Shown piece by piece: positions 24,589 through 34,708 of a DNA stretch of 41,879 nucleotides. The position numbers were made by a program, and so were the translations under genes. The DNA is from Thermodesulfovibrionales bacterium (GTDB taxonomy: Bacteria; Nitrospirota; Thermodesulfovibrionia; Thermodesulfovibrionales; UBA6898). The notes beneath the pieces are model-generated. The model ran no database searches. It saw only the letters and a list, made by a program, of their open reading frames with translations, and had not been told where the DNA came from. Every line of letters begins with the position of its first letter. The first letter of the stretch is position 1. The stretch is taken from NCBI GenBank assembly GCA_044450345.1, contig JBIOIY010000022.1, positions 1-41,879 of the forward strand. The letters run 5' to 3'.

Positions 24589-25722
24589 TCAATTGTTTTC
24601 CGGCCTGGGCGCCTTTTGGAAGAAGGGCGACAGTTTGTTGTCGACAACCACCGACTGGCCGTTGCGGAGCTTGAAGACGCCGGTGCTGACGACCGTCTCA
24701 CCTTCCTTGAGCCCGTTCGTCACAGCGATGAAGTCACCGCGCCTCTCGCCGAGGCGTACGAACTGCTGCCGCAGCACGCTGCCTCCTTTCCCTTCCTTTG
24801 GCTTCTCAATGATGAAGACCGAGTCGCTATAGGGGGCGTAGAGGACCGCAGTGGCCGGAATGGCCAGCACCTCCTGACGGACCGGCAATCCTACCGCCAC
24901 ATTGACGAACATCCCGGGCCGAAGTCTATCTCCGCGGTTGGCTACCGTAGCCTCCACTTTGATATTGCGTGTGTCGGCATCGACCAGGGGATTGATGGCG
25001 GTGACACGGCCCCCGATTGTCTCTCCGGCCAGGGCATCGCCCGTCACCCTAACCTGCAGACCGAGGCGGACCCGAGAGAGTTCCTGCTGGGGCAGACTGA
25101 AGTCTACATAGATAGGGTCGAGGGACTGCAGGGTGACGATGGGATCGCCCTCGCGGAGCATCTGGCCGAGGTTAATCTGGCGTATCCCGAGCCGGCCGCT
25201 GAAGGGCGCCCGGATCGTCTTCTTGGCTATGGTGGCCCGTATGTTTTCGGCCTGTGCCTCTGCCTGCTCGGCATTCGCCACGGCATTATCGAGGTCGGCC
25301 CGGGCGATTATACCTTTTGCAAACAACTGGTCAGCCCTCTTGAGGTTCGTACGGGCGAGGGTAGCCTGGGCCACGGCGCCGGGGAGTTGGGCCTCCTCGG
25401 AGGAGGTGTCCTGACGAAGAAGGATGTCCCCCTTCGTCACGGGAGTTCCGGCCTCGAAGGATATCTTGACAACCTTCCCCGCCAACTCGGCGGCCACGGT
25501 CACTCCCTGCACAGCGTTCAGGGTGCCCACCGCGTTCAGGCTGGTCTCCCATGAATCGGCCTTTACTACTGCAGAGGTCACGGTCTCAGGCGGAGGAACG
25601 AACTTCTTGCCCTGGTCGATCATCGCGCGGATCTGCAGGGCCTTGACAGCGCCTAGGACTGCGATGAGAACAGCCAGGCCGATGAGGGTGAGGATTATGC
25701 GCTTCTTCATAGATGGGAACAT
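24589..25722 (-). CDS. RND periplasmic adaptor (membrane fusion protein)
   Basis: N-terminal anchor, G.V.KGD.L, IRAPFSGRLG, LRPGMF, GLKEGE.VV..G; alternative start at 25710. Confidence 0.93.
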   Translation of the reverse strand: MFPSMKKRIILTLIGLAVLIAVLGAVKALQIRAMIDQGKKFVPPPETVTSAVVKADSWETSLNAVGTLNAVQGVTVAAELAGKVVKISFEAGTPVTKGDILLRQDTSSEEAQLPGAVAQATLARTNLKRADQLFAKGIIARADLDNAVANAEQAEAQAENIRATIAKKTIRAPFSGRLGIRQINLGQMLREGDPIVTLQSLDPIYVDFSLPQQELSRVRLGLQVRVTGDALAGETIGGRVTAINPLVDADTRNIKVEATVANRGDRLRPGMFVNVAVGLPVRQEVLAIPATAVLYAPYSDSVFIIEKPKEGKGGSVLRQQFVRLGERRGDFIAVTNGLKEGETVVSTGVFKLRNGQSVVVDNKLSPFFQKAPRPENN

Positions 25723-25979
25723 TATATCAGGTTCTTTGAGAGATGGATTACTGCGGATAGGACGCGTGATGAAAAAAAGTCAAAAAGGGAGGAATAACAA
25801 AGAAACGAAAGTATTCTTTAATAAAAAAGGAAATATTATCTGTTCAACCCGATATTCTCCCGATATTATACCGTTTCGGATGGTTGGCGAGTTGCTAATC
25901 CTCACCGCATTGTTTAGCTTAAGATCAAGAGTAATTGAAGAGGGCAGAAATGAAGGCCCATTGAGAAAGGTGGTGTAAA

Positions 25980-26354
25980 ATGATGTTTGACAAAAAAACC
26001 CTAGATAAAAAGGTTAACCGTCTCGCCGTATTTTTCATGATGTTTGTCGCGGCGCTTTTTGTGATTTCCATCGCAAGTTCAGCCAGTGCCTATCCGTTCG
26101 CGCTGCAGGGGAAGGTTGCGTCGATCGACAGTGGCGGCAAGAAACTCACTCTGCAAGAGGACCAGTGCGGCATGAGCGGACAGTATGGATTCACATGGGA
26201 TGACAGGGCTACCGTGATGAGAGGGAATGACTTTGTGTCCTTTAGCGATATCAGGGTCGGAGATGACGTAATAGTCAGCTATTACGAAAAAAGCCCCGGC
26301 CTCTATGTCGCCGAAGACATTAATATTCCCGATATGCTGTTACCACATTGCTGA
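25980..26354 (+). CDS. Exported small beta-barrel hypothetical protein (OB-fold-like)
   Basis: Signal peptide; QGKV.SID...KLTL and SDIRVGDDV.V.Y pattern. Confidence 0.6.
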   Translation: MMFDKKTLDKKVNRLAVFFMMFVAALFVISIASSASAYPFALQGKVASIDSGGKKLTLQEDQCGMSGQYGFTWDDRATVMRGNDFVSFSDIRVGDDVIVSYYEKSPGLYVAEDINIPDMLLPHC

Positions 26355-26372
26355 GTGTTGACTGGAGTAGAG

Positions 26373-26404
26373 AAAGCGCCGGAAGTGGGCGGCGCTTTAT
26401 TTTT
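26373..26404 (+). terminator. Intrinsic terminator
   Basis: AAAGCGCCG/CGGCGCTTT stem followed by ATTTTT. Confidence 0.65.
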
Positions 26405-26473
26405 TACTTCGGCAGCCATACTCGAAGGGTGTGTGGATACAGATAACAGTGGAAGCTGAAAGGAGAAAAAGAC

Positions 26474-26938
26474 ATGAGAAAGGAAGGTTTGATCATTATT
26501 CTTTTAGTCATCGGCCTTGCGGCAGCCGGCATTGCAGCGGAAAAGAGTTTCATGGCGGCGCTGTCCGGAAGCGAGGCCGTTCCTGCGGTGATGACGACGG
26601 CAAAGGGTGAGGCGACCTTTACGCTCGGCAAAGACGGCAAAGAGCTGATGTATAAGGTAACGGCCACCGGTATCGAAAATGTCACCGCGGTCCATATTCA
26701 CGCCGGAAAAATGGGAAAGAACGGTCCGCCGGTAGCACTTGTCGATATCAAGGGTAAAAAGGCCGGCAAATTCAGCGGTACCCTCGCCGAAGGCAAGATC
26801 ACCGCAAAGGAACTGCTCGGTTCATTGAAAGGCAAGACGGCGAAGGACCTCGTTAAGGAGATCGAAGCCGGAGATACCTACCTCAATGTGCACACGGACA
26901 AGTATCCCGACGGAGAACTGCGCGGGCAGATTAAATAA
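26474..26938 (+). CDS. CHRD domain protein, exported
   Basis: A.LSG..AVP, HIH.G..G.NGP.V, YLNVHT..YPDGELRGQI. Confidence 0.92.
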   Translation: MRKEGLIIILLVIGLAAAGIAAEKSFMAALSGSEAVPAVMTTAKGEATFTLGKDGKELMYKVTATGIENVTAVHIHAGKMGKNGPPVALVDIKGKKAGKFSGTLAEGKITAKELLGSLKGKTAKDLVKEIEAGDTYLNVHTDKYPDGELRGQIK

Positions 26939-27014
26939 CCCGATCACTAGGGGGGGAAGAAATTCCATCTCCCCCCTCCCGATTTCTGAAAAGTGATGCC
27001 GCAAAGATAGCGTA

Positions 27015-27413
27015 TTAGAGGGTATTCAAAAAAGCGATGATATTCTCAACGTCATCCTCGTCGAGATAGACAAATGACGGCATGTTTGAGAGAGGGTGCC
27101 GCATCTGGCTTGCTATGTTTTCGGGGGTTGCCGGCTTCTTGCTTGTAGGAAGAAGAGGGTTCTTCAGTATGTCCTTGAGGCCCGGGCCGCCAAGCCTCAT
27201 TGTGCTGTAAGGATCGTGGCAATATTCGCATTTCTGCGCGAACAAAACCTTTCCTGCCTTGATGCTTTTCTGATCGGTCCTTTTAACAATGGTATTAGGA
27301 GTTTTGTCGGCGGGCTTCGCCATGTCTTGTTGCCGTTGCGCCTCTCTGGCACACGCCGATATAAGACAAACGAATAAAATCCCGAATAATGCTGCGATCC
27401 TTTTTTGTTTCAT
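27015..27413 (-). CDS. Monoheme class I cytochrome c lipoprotein
   Basis: Lipobox LISAC, CEYCH heme motif, GPGL and distal MP. Start set at MKQKR because the upstream extension runs through repeats. Confidence 0.85.
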   Translation of the reverse strand: MKQKRIAALFGILFVCLISACAREAQRQQDMAKPADKTPNTIVKRTDQKSIKAGKVLFAQKCEYCHDPYSTMRLGGPGLKDILKNPLLPTSKKPATPENIASQMRHPLSNMPSFVYLDEDDVENIIAFLNTL

Positions 27414-27495
27414 GAGAGTTTTCCCTTTTTCTAAAAGTATATCTAAAAAAACAGGCGAAAGGAACCGCATTTTCTCGGCAGCCTGTCCAAAGAAG

Positions 27496-27596
27496 GATTC
27501 CCGACCTGCCTGCCGGCAGGCAGGCGCGCTTCGCTTGCGGGAATGACAGAAAACAGCTTTCTTCCCAGAATTTGTCATTCCGGCTTGTCCGGAATC
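27496..27596. repeat. dRS3-like ATTCC..GGAAT repeats with an inserted 20-bp palindrome
   Basis: GATTCCCG...CGGGAATGAC (27496-27547) contains CCTGCCTGCCGGCAGGCAGG (27505-27524); second unit GTCATTCCGGCTTGTCCGGAATC (27574-27596). Confidence 0.7.
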
Positions 27597-27603
27597 TTTT
27601 TTT

Positions 27604-27661
27604 GTAGGGACAACACTGTGTTGTTGTCTTCCTTCGGGCGGCCACACAGTGCCGCCCCTAC
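27604..27661. repeat. Inverted pair of GTAG-type REP-like units (REPIN/BIME-like)
   Basis: GTAGGGACAACACTGTGTTGTTGTC on +, and GTAGGGGCGGCACTGTGTGGCCGCCC on -. Confidence 0.7.
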
Positions 27662-27711
27662 GAGAAGGATTACCCGTCCTCTCGATATCGCTTCTGGTAT
27701 ACTATCTGACG

Positions 27712-28215
27712 ATGATGAAAGAAGAAGGTCCGATCAAGAGAAAAAATCCTGTGTCCTCCGGTTCCCTCATCTCAGCTCTCCTTAAAAATGTCGCTACTCT
27801 CGGTTTTATCGGGTATCTGCCTGTCGCGCCGGGTACATGGGGCACCGCGGCAGGACTCATTTTTGTCGCGTGTATTCCTCTTTCACAAGCAGCTTTTTTG
27901 GTCTTTATTGCTTCCGGAATACTCATCGGCACGATCGCGGCCGGTACCGCCGAAAGGCTTATCGGCGAGACAGACAGCGGCCATATCATAATAGACGAAT
28001 TTGTCGGGTTTCTCGTCTCCGTCCTATTCATACCGCACACGTACGGTTATCTGGCCTCGGCCTTCCTTTTGTTCAGGTTTTTCGATATACTAAAGCCATT
28101 CCCCATAGGGCGGATTGAGAAGGAGATAAAGGGTGGTGCAGGAATTATTGCGGACGACATTATTGCAGGTATCTTCACGAATGTGGTACTACAGATATGG
28201 AAAATGAGTTTCTGA
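27712..28215 (+). CDS. pgpA: Phosphatidylglycerophosphatase A
   Basis: APGTWGT, D...IIIDEFVG, FLLFRFFDI.KP.PI, GG.GI..DD..AG. Start uncertain. Confidence 0.92.
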   Translation: MMKEEGPIKRKNPVSSGSLISALLKNVATLGFIGYLPVAPGTWGTAAGLIFVACIPLSQAAFLVFIASGILIGTIAAGTAERLIGETDSGHIIIDEFVGFLVSVLFIPHTYGYLASAFLLFRFFDILKPFPIGRIEKEIKGGAGIIADDIIAGIFTNVVLQIWKMSF

Positions 28216-28685
28216 CCGTCATCAAAAAAATATCCGACAGGCTGACAGAAAAAGGCCTGAAATTAGCTGTTGCGGAGTCTTGTACCGGCGGGCTTATTTC
28301 TCATGAGATCTCGAACCTTCCGGGAGCGTCAAAATTTTTCGAGATGTCTGTAGTCAGCTACTCTGAAAACTCAAAAAAGACAGTGTTAGGGATAAGTGCC
28401 TCGTTACTGAGAAAACAAGGCGCAGTGAGTGAAGAGGCCGCAGTGGCGATGGCCGAAGGGGTAAGGAAACTCTCCGGGGCAGAAGTCTCCCTTTCGATAA
28501 CGGGCGTTGCCGGGCCCGAGCCGCTGGAAGACAAAGACATCGGCCTCGTATATATGGCGGTCTCTCTGCGGGACATGACGGAATCGAAGGGACTGAGCCT
28601 GCATGGCGACAGGGAGACGATCAAGAGGGATGCCTCACTCGAGGCGCTCGGGTTTTTGAACCAAGTCCTGCGGTTATGGCTTTAA
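28197..28685 (+). CDS. cinA: CinA C-terminal domain protein / NMN amidohydrolase (PncC)
   Basis: AVAESCTGG, PGAS, GAVSEE.A.AMAEG, SITGVAGP motifs; upstream of recA. Confidence 0.88.
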   Translation: MENEFLTVIKKISDRLTEKGLKLAVAESCTGGLISHEISNLPGASKFFEMSVVSYSENSKKTVLGISASLLRKQGAVSEEAAVAMAEGVRKLSGAEVSLSITGVAGPEPLEDKDIGLVYMAVSLRDMTESKGLSLHGDRETIKRDASLEALGFLNQVLRLWL

Positions 28686-29245
28686 GATGTTTTATCGCGG
28701 TGACACTGCCCGGACCGCTGAAGAAGGCTGTCGGAGAGGTCATGGCAAAGCTCAAAGAATCCGGCGCCGACATCAAGTGGGTGCCTTATGAAAATCTCCA
28801 TCTTACACTCAAATTTTTGGGTGCTACCAGTGAAGAAGTCGTAGATGAGATAAAAGGCGCGCTCTATAAAAAATTATCCCGTTACGCCGCTTTTTATATT
28901 AGAATAGGCGGGGTCGGGTATTTCCCGGGAGGAAGAAACCCCCGGGTGATATGGATTGGAATCGAAGAGCAGGGGTCCCTTGCAGACATCAGCAGGGACG
29001 TCGAGGAAGTGATGCTGAAGTTTGGGTATCCGCGTGAGGCGAGGCCTTTTTCACCCCATCTGACGATCGGAAGGGTCAGGTCTCCCAAGAGGGTCGCAGA
29101 GGTGATCAAGAGACTCGATGAATTCCGCACCATGGCCTTTGATGAATTCGAGGTAAAGGGTGTGACCTTGATGAAGAGCGAACTGAAACCGGGCGGGGCG
29201 GAATATACCGGCCTTGCCGAGATATCCTTGGAGGGGGAAAAATGA
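28676..29245 (+). CDS. thpR: RNA 2',3'-cyclic phosphodiesterase (2H family)
   Basis: [12 protein letters not shown] and PHLTIGR motifs. Confidence 0.92.
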   Translation: MALRCFIAVTLPGPLKKAVGEVMAKLKESGADIKWVPYENLHLTLKFLGATSEEVVDEIKGALYKKLSRYAAFYIRIGGVGYFPGGRNPRVIWIGIEEQGSLADISRDVEEVMLKFGYPREARPFSPHLTIGRVRSPKRVAEVIKRLDEFRTMAFDEFEVKGVTLMKSELKPGGAEYTGLAEISLEGEK

Positions 29246-30264
29246 CTATTAAGGAGACGAGTAAAGAGATGAATAAGGACAAGCTTAAGGCCCTCGAGAT
29301 GGCAATTTCGCAGATCGAAAAGAATTTTGGCAAGGGTTCAATCATGCGGCTCGGGGAAGAGGGCGTGGTGGAAGGCGTGCAGTCGATCCCTACCGGATCG
29401 CTCACTCTGGATATTGCAACGGGGATAGGGGGCCTTCCGAGGGGCCGGGTTGTAGAGATATACGGGCCGGAATCTTCGGGCAAAACGACGCTGGCACTGA
29501 ATGCGATCGCACAAGCGCAGAACTCCGGCGGAACGGCCGCGTTCATCGACGCAGAGCATGCGCTCGACGTGAATTATGCGAAGAGGATAGGGGTAAGGAT
29601 CGAAGACCTCCTGGTGTCGCAGCCCGATACCGGCGAGCAGGCGCTGGAAGTGGCCGAGGCGTTAGTCAGGAGCGGCGCCCTCGACATTGTCGTGATCGAT
29701 TCGGTCGCCGCGCTTGTGCCGAAGGCGGAGCTTGAAGGAGATATGGGGGATTCCCTGCCCGGTCTCCAGGCAAGGCTCATGAGCCAGGCATTGCGGAAGT
29801 TGACTGCTTCGATATCGAAGTCGAACACGACAGTGGTTTTTATCAATCAGATCAGGATGAAGATAGGGGTAATGTTCGGAAGCCCTGAGACCACGACAGG
29901 CGGGAACGCGCTCAAATTCTACGCCTCGATGAGGCTCGATATCAGAAAGATCGAGAACCTCAAGGAGAACCAGGAGATAATAGGCGGAAGGGTAAGGGTC
30001 AAGGTCGTCAAGAACAAGATGGCACCGCCATTCAGACAGGCCGAGTTCGACATCCTTTTTAATCTCGGTGTCTCGAGGGAGGGGGAGATCGTAGACCTCG
30101 GCGTCGAGAAAGGGATTATCGAGAAGGCAGGCGCGTGGTACAGTTACGGCGGTAACAGGATCGGCCAGGGCAGGGAGAACGTGAAGGAGTATCTGAGGAA
30201 CAACGTCCTGGTGGCGAAGGAGTTAGAGGAAAAGATCACAGAGGCTGCGAATCTCAAGAGATGA
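29242..30264 (+). CDS. recA: Recombinase RecA
   Basis: [48 protein letters not shown]. Confidence 0.98.
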   Translation: MTIKETSKEMNKDKLKALEMAISQIEKNFGKGSIMRLGEEGVVEGVQSIPTGSLTLDIATGIGGLPRGRVVEIYGPESSGKTTLALNAIAQAQNSGGTAAFIDAEHALDVNYAKRIGVRIEDLLVSQPDTGEQALEVAEALVRSGALDIVVIDSVAALVPKAELEGDMGDSLPGLQARLMSQALRKLTASISKSNTTVVFINQIRMKIGVMFGSPETTTGGNALKFYASMRLDIRKIENLKENQEIIGGRVRVKVVKNKMAPPFRQAEFDILFNLGVSREGEIVDLGVEKGIIEKAGAWYSYGGNRIGQGRENVKEYLRNNVLVAKELEEKITEAANLKR

Positions 30265-30280
30265 CCTCGAGGAGATAGGT

Positions 30281-31423
30281 ATGGATATCAACGAGCTTTT
30301 AAAAACGGCGCATTCTATGGGAGCTTCGGATGTACACCTAAAGGTGGGGTCCCAGCCCATCGTAAGGGTCAACGGTCAGCTTGGTCCCATGCAGGGAAAC
30401 AGACTCAGCCAGGAAGAGACGCTGAAGATCGCCTTCTCGGTGATGAGCCCCGGGCAGAGGGAGACGTTCAAGAAGAAAAACGACCTCGACCTTGCATACA
30501 GTGTGCCGGGACTCGGACGTTTCAGATGCAACATATTCATCCAGAGAGGAACGATAGGGCTCGTGTTCAGGGTCATCCCTATGAGGATCCCTACGATAGA
30601 AGAGCTCCTGCTGCCCGAGATCATCAAGAAGATATCGCTCGAACCCCGCGGACTCATCCTCGTGACCGGTACCACCGGAAGCGGCAAGTCCACTACCCTT
30701 GCTGCGATGATCGACAATATAAACAGCAGCAGGACCGACCATATCATGACTATCGAGGACCCGATCGAGTATCTCCACAGGGACAAAAGGTCCATTGTTA
30801 ACCAGAGGGAAATAGGCAACGATACCGAATCCTTCGGCAAGGCGCTGAGGGCCGCTCTCAGACAGGACCCTGACGTGATCCTCGTCGGAGAGATGAGAGA
30901 TTTTGAGACGATCCAGACCGCACTTACGGCTGCAGAGACCGGGCATCTCGTGCTGAGCACGCTGCATACGATCGATGCGACCGAGACCGTGAACAGGATA
31001 ATATCGGTATTTCCGCCCTACCAGCATAAGCAGGTGAGGATGCAGCTCGCCTCTGTGCTGAAAAGCATCATCTCGATGAGGCTGGTCCCGACAGAAGACG
31101 GCAGAGGGAGGGTACCGGCGGTGGAGGTCCTCATTGCGACCGCCACTATTAAAGACTGTATACTCGATCCCGACAAGACCAAGATGATACCGGACGTGAT
31201 CGCCCAGGGCTCCCTCCATTACGGGATGCAAACCTTCGACCAGTCGATCTTTAACCTCTTTAAGTCCGGGCTCATCTCCTACGAGGAGGCCCTCAGAAGG
31301 GCGACAAACCCCGATGATTTCGCGCTCAAGGTCAAAGGGATACAGTCGACGAGCGACCTGGCTTATGACGAATCGCCTCGCCCTGAGAAGGAAGATATGA
31401 AGATTGACAGATTCGCGAAATGA
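30281..31423 (+). CDS. pilT: PilT/PilU-family retraction ATPase
   Basis: ASD.HL.VG, GTTGSGKSTT, TIEDPIE, ALRQDPDVILVGEMRD, ETGHLV.STLH, GMQTFD. Confidence 0.9.
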   Translation: MDINELLKTAHSMGASDVHLKVGSQPIVRVNGQLGPMQGNRLSQEETLKIAFSVMSPGQRETFKKKNDLDLAYSVPGLGRFRCNIFIQRGTIGLVFRVIPMRIPTIEELLLPEIIKKISLEPRGLILVTGTTGSGKSTTLAAMIDNINSSRTDHIMTIEDPIEYLHRDKRSIVNQREIGNDTESFGKALRAALRQDPDVILVGEMRDFETIQTALTAAETGHLVLSTLHTIDATETVNRIISVFPPYQHKQVRMQLASVLKSIISMRLVPTEDGRGRVPAVEVLIATATIKDCILDPDKTKMIPDVIAQGSLHYGMQTFDQSIFNLFKSGLISYEEALRRATNPDDFALKVKGIQSTSDLAYDESPRPEKEDMKIDRFAK

Positions 31424-31880
31424 TGCAACGAGATATGCCTTTCGGCTGCTCGGCTACCGGGGGCGGAGCGAAAAAGAATTAAGGGAACGGCTTGTCAGGA
31501 GGGGTTTTTCTGAAGATGCGGCCTCCGGGACTCTCGCCTATCTGAGAGAGGCAGGGTTTATCAACGACGGGGCCCTGGCGCTGGACCTGAAAAGGCAGGC
31601 TGTCGGGCAAAAAAAGCTCGGTTACAGGGCCGCGCGGTCTTTCATGGAGAAGAGGGGCCTCCCGCGGGATCTTATTGAATCGACGTTGGGATATGATGAA
31701 GACGTCGAACTCGAAAACGCGGGGAACCTGCTCGACAAGAAACGTAAGTCCATAGGAAATTATGTCACTACAAAGGAAAGGAAAAGGCTTTATGATTATC
31801 TGTTGCGAAAGGGCTTTTCTTCTTCCGTTATCAATAAGGCATTGAGAGACTTTGAACAAGACGAGGGAGATGAAGGATGA
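31404..31880 (+). CDS. recX: Regulatory protein RecX
   Basis: A.RLL..R.RSEKEL..RL, G.I.D, YLLRKGF; located between recA and alaS. Confidence 0.85.
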   Translation: MTDSRNDATRYAFRLLGYRGRSEKELRERLVRRGFSEDAASGTLAYLREAGFINDGALALDLKRQAVGQKKLGYRAARSFMEKRGLPRDLIESTLGYDEDVELENAGNLLDKKRKSIGNYVTTKERKRLYDYLLRKGFSSSVINKALRDFEQDEGDEG

Positions 31881-31950
31881 AAAAAGCGGACGTGAGGGCG
31901 TTTCCGGCTGACGATACGCTTCTGAATAAAAAAGGAGCAGAGAGACGGTC

Positions 31951-34587
31951 ATGAGAGGACCGGAGATTAGAAATACGTTTCTGGAGTTCTTCAGATCGAA
32001 GGGACATACGGTCGTCCCAAGTTCGTCACTCATCCCCGGCGACGACCCGACGCTTCTCTTTACGAATGCGGGAATGGTGCAGTTCAAGTCCGTGTTTCTT
32101 GGGCAGGAGCAGAGGCAATATACCAGGGCCACTACCAGTCAAAAATGCGTGAGGGCAGGGGGAAAGCACAACGACCTCGAAAACGTCGGGCATACCGCGC
32201 GGCACCATACTTTTTTCGAGATGCTCGGGAATTTTTCATTTGGAGATTACTTTAAGAGGGATGCGATTATGTACGCATGGGACTTGCTTACGGCCCACTT
32301 CAATCTCCCGAAGGAGAAGCTTTGGGCGACGGTCTACGAGGATGACGACGAGGCGGCCGGGCTATGGACAGAGCTTACCGGGATACCCGCTGGACGAGTG
32401 GTAAGGCTTGGGGCCAAGGACAATTTCTGGCAGATGGGTGATACCGGGCCATGCGGGCCCTGTTCCGAGATCATCATCGACCAGGGCGCCGAACTCGGGT
32501 GCGGGAGGCCGGACTGTGCCGTCGGATGTGAGTGCGACCGTTATCTCGAGATATGGAACCTTGTCTTTATGCAGTTCGACAGGGACAAGGCTGGTAATCT
32601 CAATCCTCTGCCGAAACCGAGCATAGACACGGGCATGGGGCTCGAAAGACTGGCCGCCGTACTTCAGGGCAAACACAATAATTTCGACTCAGATCTTTTT
32701 GCCCCTATCATCAGGGACATCTGCCGCTTCTCGAACAAGACGTACGGCAAAGACCGCGCGACCGATACAGCGATACGGGTCATTGCAGACCATATCAGGG
32801 CGATAACTTTCCTGCTCTCCGAAGGGCTGACCGCTTCCAACGAAGGCAGGGGTTACGTATTGAGGAGGATCATACGGCGTGCCGCGCGTTACGCGAAGAC
32901 CCTGGATATCGGCGGGCCTGTCCTTTATAGGTTATGCGGGTCCGTTGCAGAGGCGATGTCCGACGCCTATCCCGAACTCGCCGATGAGCAGCCGAGAGTA
33001 CAGCAGATGCTCAGGATGGAAGAGGAGAGGTTCGACAAGACACTCGAACTGGGCCTTTCTCTTCTGAACAGCATAATCAGGGAGGCAAAAAACCTGGAGG
33101 TCGATACGATAGGGGGGGAGGACCTCTTCAGGCTGTACGACACATACGGCTTTCCACTCGATATCGCAAGGGACATTGCCACGGAGAATGGTCTAAAGAT
33201 CGACGAGGCCGGTTTCCACACCGAGATGGAGAAACAAAAGACGAAGGCGCGGGCTTCGTGGAGCGTAGAGGAGGCGGCATCGGCGCCTGTCTACAGGGAT
33301 TTGGTCGGGAAATACAAGAGGACTGAATTTTGCGGATATGATACGACAGAGTCGGACGCGACCGTGGCCGCGCTCATCTCGAACAACGGGCTGGTCAATG
33401 AGTTGGAGGCTGGAGAGAAAGGTGAAGTCGTCCTCGATATCACGCCCTTCTATGCAGAGTCCGGGGGACAGGTCGGCGACACCGGTGAACTGCTGTCCGA
33501 CACCGTAAAGGCGGTCGTGCTCGATACGAAAAAACCGGTGGAAGGCATCTCCGTGCATAAGGTCGAGGTCAAGAAGGGGACGTTAAAGACGGGTGAGAAA
33601 ATTCGTGCTAAGGTAGATCTCCCAAAGAGGCTTGCCACCATGAGGAACCATACGGCGACGCACCTTATTCACTCCTCGCTCAGGAACCTTCTCGGCGAAC
33701 ACGTAAAGCAGGCCGGGTCCTACGTGTCCCCCGAAAGCCTGCGGTTCGATTTCAACCATTTCTCTGCACTCGACAGGGATACGATAGAGGCCTTGGAAGA
33801 CGAGGTGAACGAGGAGATACTGAGAAACATGAAGGTCGAGACCACGGTGATGGAGACGGCGAAGGCGATGGAATCGGGTGTTACCGCGCTCTTCGGAGAA
33901 AAGTATGGCGACAGGGTGCGGGTCGTGACCATCAGCGGTATCTCATCCGAACTCTGCGGCGGCACACACGTCAGCGCCACAGGCGACATCGGCCTCCTTA
34001 AGATACTTTCAGAAGGGAGCGTTGCGTCGGGCATCAGGAGAATAGAGGCGGTGACAGGCACTGAGGCGGTCCGCTATTTCAGGAACAGGGAAAGAGAACT
34101 CGGACAGGTGGCTGAGATACTCAAGACCTCTGAAAACCCGCCGGAGAGATTAAGGAAGCTCGTCGCCGAGATGAAAGAACTCGAAAAGGCGCTCGATAAG
34201 TTGAAGGGCAAGTCTGCTGCCGAGAGTTCTTCCGATATACTCGGAAAGGCGCGTGAGGTAGGCGGGGTGAAGGTCGTTGCCTGCAGGACCGACGGAATGG
34301 ATGCTAAAGACCTGAGGGTCCTGGCCGACAACGTGAGGGACGGTCTCGGCTCGGGCATCCTGATACTGGCATCGGTCAAGGATGACCAGGCGGCAATGGT
34401 CGCGATGGTAACGAAAGACCTGGTCGAAAGATTCAGTGCGGGGGACCTCCTCAAGAAGGTGGCTGCTGCTGCAGGAGGCAGGGGAGGCGGCAAGCCCGAC
34501 ATCGCACAGGGCGGTACGAAGGAGATCAAGAGGCTGGACAAGGCCCTCGAATCATTATACGATATGGTACGTTCTATGCAAAAATGA
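31951..34587 (+). CDS. alaS: Alanine--tRNA ligase
   Basis: LLFTNAGM, HHTFFEMLGNFSFGDYFK, DTGMGLER, NHTATH, ELCGGTH, GGGKP..AQGG. Confidence 0.98.
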   Translation: MRGPEIRNTFLEFFRSKGHTVVPSSSLIPGDDPTLLFTNAGMVQFKSVFLGQEQRQYTRATTSQKCVRAGGKHNDLENVGHTARHHTFFEMLGNFSFGDYFKRDAIMYAWDLLTAHFNLPKEKLWATVYEDDDEAAGLWTELTGIPAGRVVRLGAKDNFWQMGDTGPCGPCSEIIIDQGAELGCGRPDCAVGCECDRYLEIWNLVFMQFDRDKAGNLNPLPKPSIDTGMGLERLAAVLQGKHNNFDSDLFAPIIRDICRFSNKTYGKDRATDTAIRVIADHIRAITFLLSEGLTASNEGRGYVLRRIIRRAARYAKTLDIGGPVLYRLCGSVAEAMSDAYPELADEQPRVQQMLRMEEERFDKTLELGLSLLNSIIREAKNLEVDTIGGEDLFRLYDTYGFPLDIARDIATENGLKIDEAGFHTEMEKQKTKARASWSVEEAASAPVYRDLVGKYKRTEFCGYDTTESDATVAALISNNGLVNELEAGEKGEVVLDITPFYAESGGQVGDTGELLSDTVKAVVLDTKKPVEGISVHKVEVKKGTLKTGEKIRAKVDLPKRLATMRNHTATHLIHSSLRNLLGEHVKQAGSYVSPESLRFDFNHFSALDRDTIEALEDEVNEEILRNMKVETTVMETAKAMESGVTALFGEKYGDRVRVVTISGISSELCGGTHVSATGDIGLLKILSEGSVASGIRRIEAVTGTEAVRYFRNRERELGQVAEILKTSENPPERLRKLVAEMKELEKALDKLKGKSAAESSSDILGKAREVGGVKVVACRTDGMDAKDLRVLADNVRDGLGSGILILASVKDDQAAMVAMVTKDLVERFSAGDLLKKVAAAAGGRGGGKPDIAQGGTKEIKRLDKALESLYDMVRSMQK

Positions 34588-34708
34588 ATTAAAAACGATA
34601 ACTTATAGAATGGCTTTTTAAACCAAACATACCTTTGCCCATTTAAAATCAGTAATTTTTGCAAGCAAGAATTCTTTCATGATTACTTCTTAGATAAATT
34701 TTCCGGTA

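Noticed and set aside
21498..25554. Long plus-strand ORFs opposite the RND genes (e.g. 22137..23303, 24616..25554) and similar antisense ORFs elsewhere
   Set aside because: Expected shadows of GC-rich codon usage, with no independent motifs.
27414..27711. N-terminal extensions of the cytochrome c (to 27647) and pgpA (from 27649)
   Set aside because: They translate repeat DNA; the signal peptide and family similarity begin at the later starts.
29242..34587. pilT-like gene between recA and recX as a novelty
   Set aside because: The recA-pilT-recX-alaS order is, as recalled, already known from Geobacter-like genomes, so it is not unusual.
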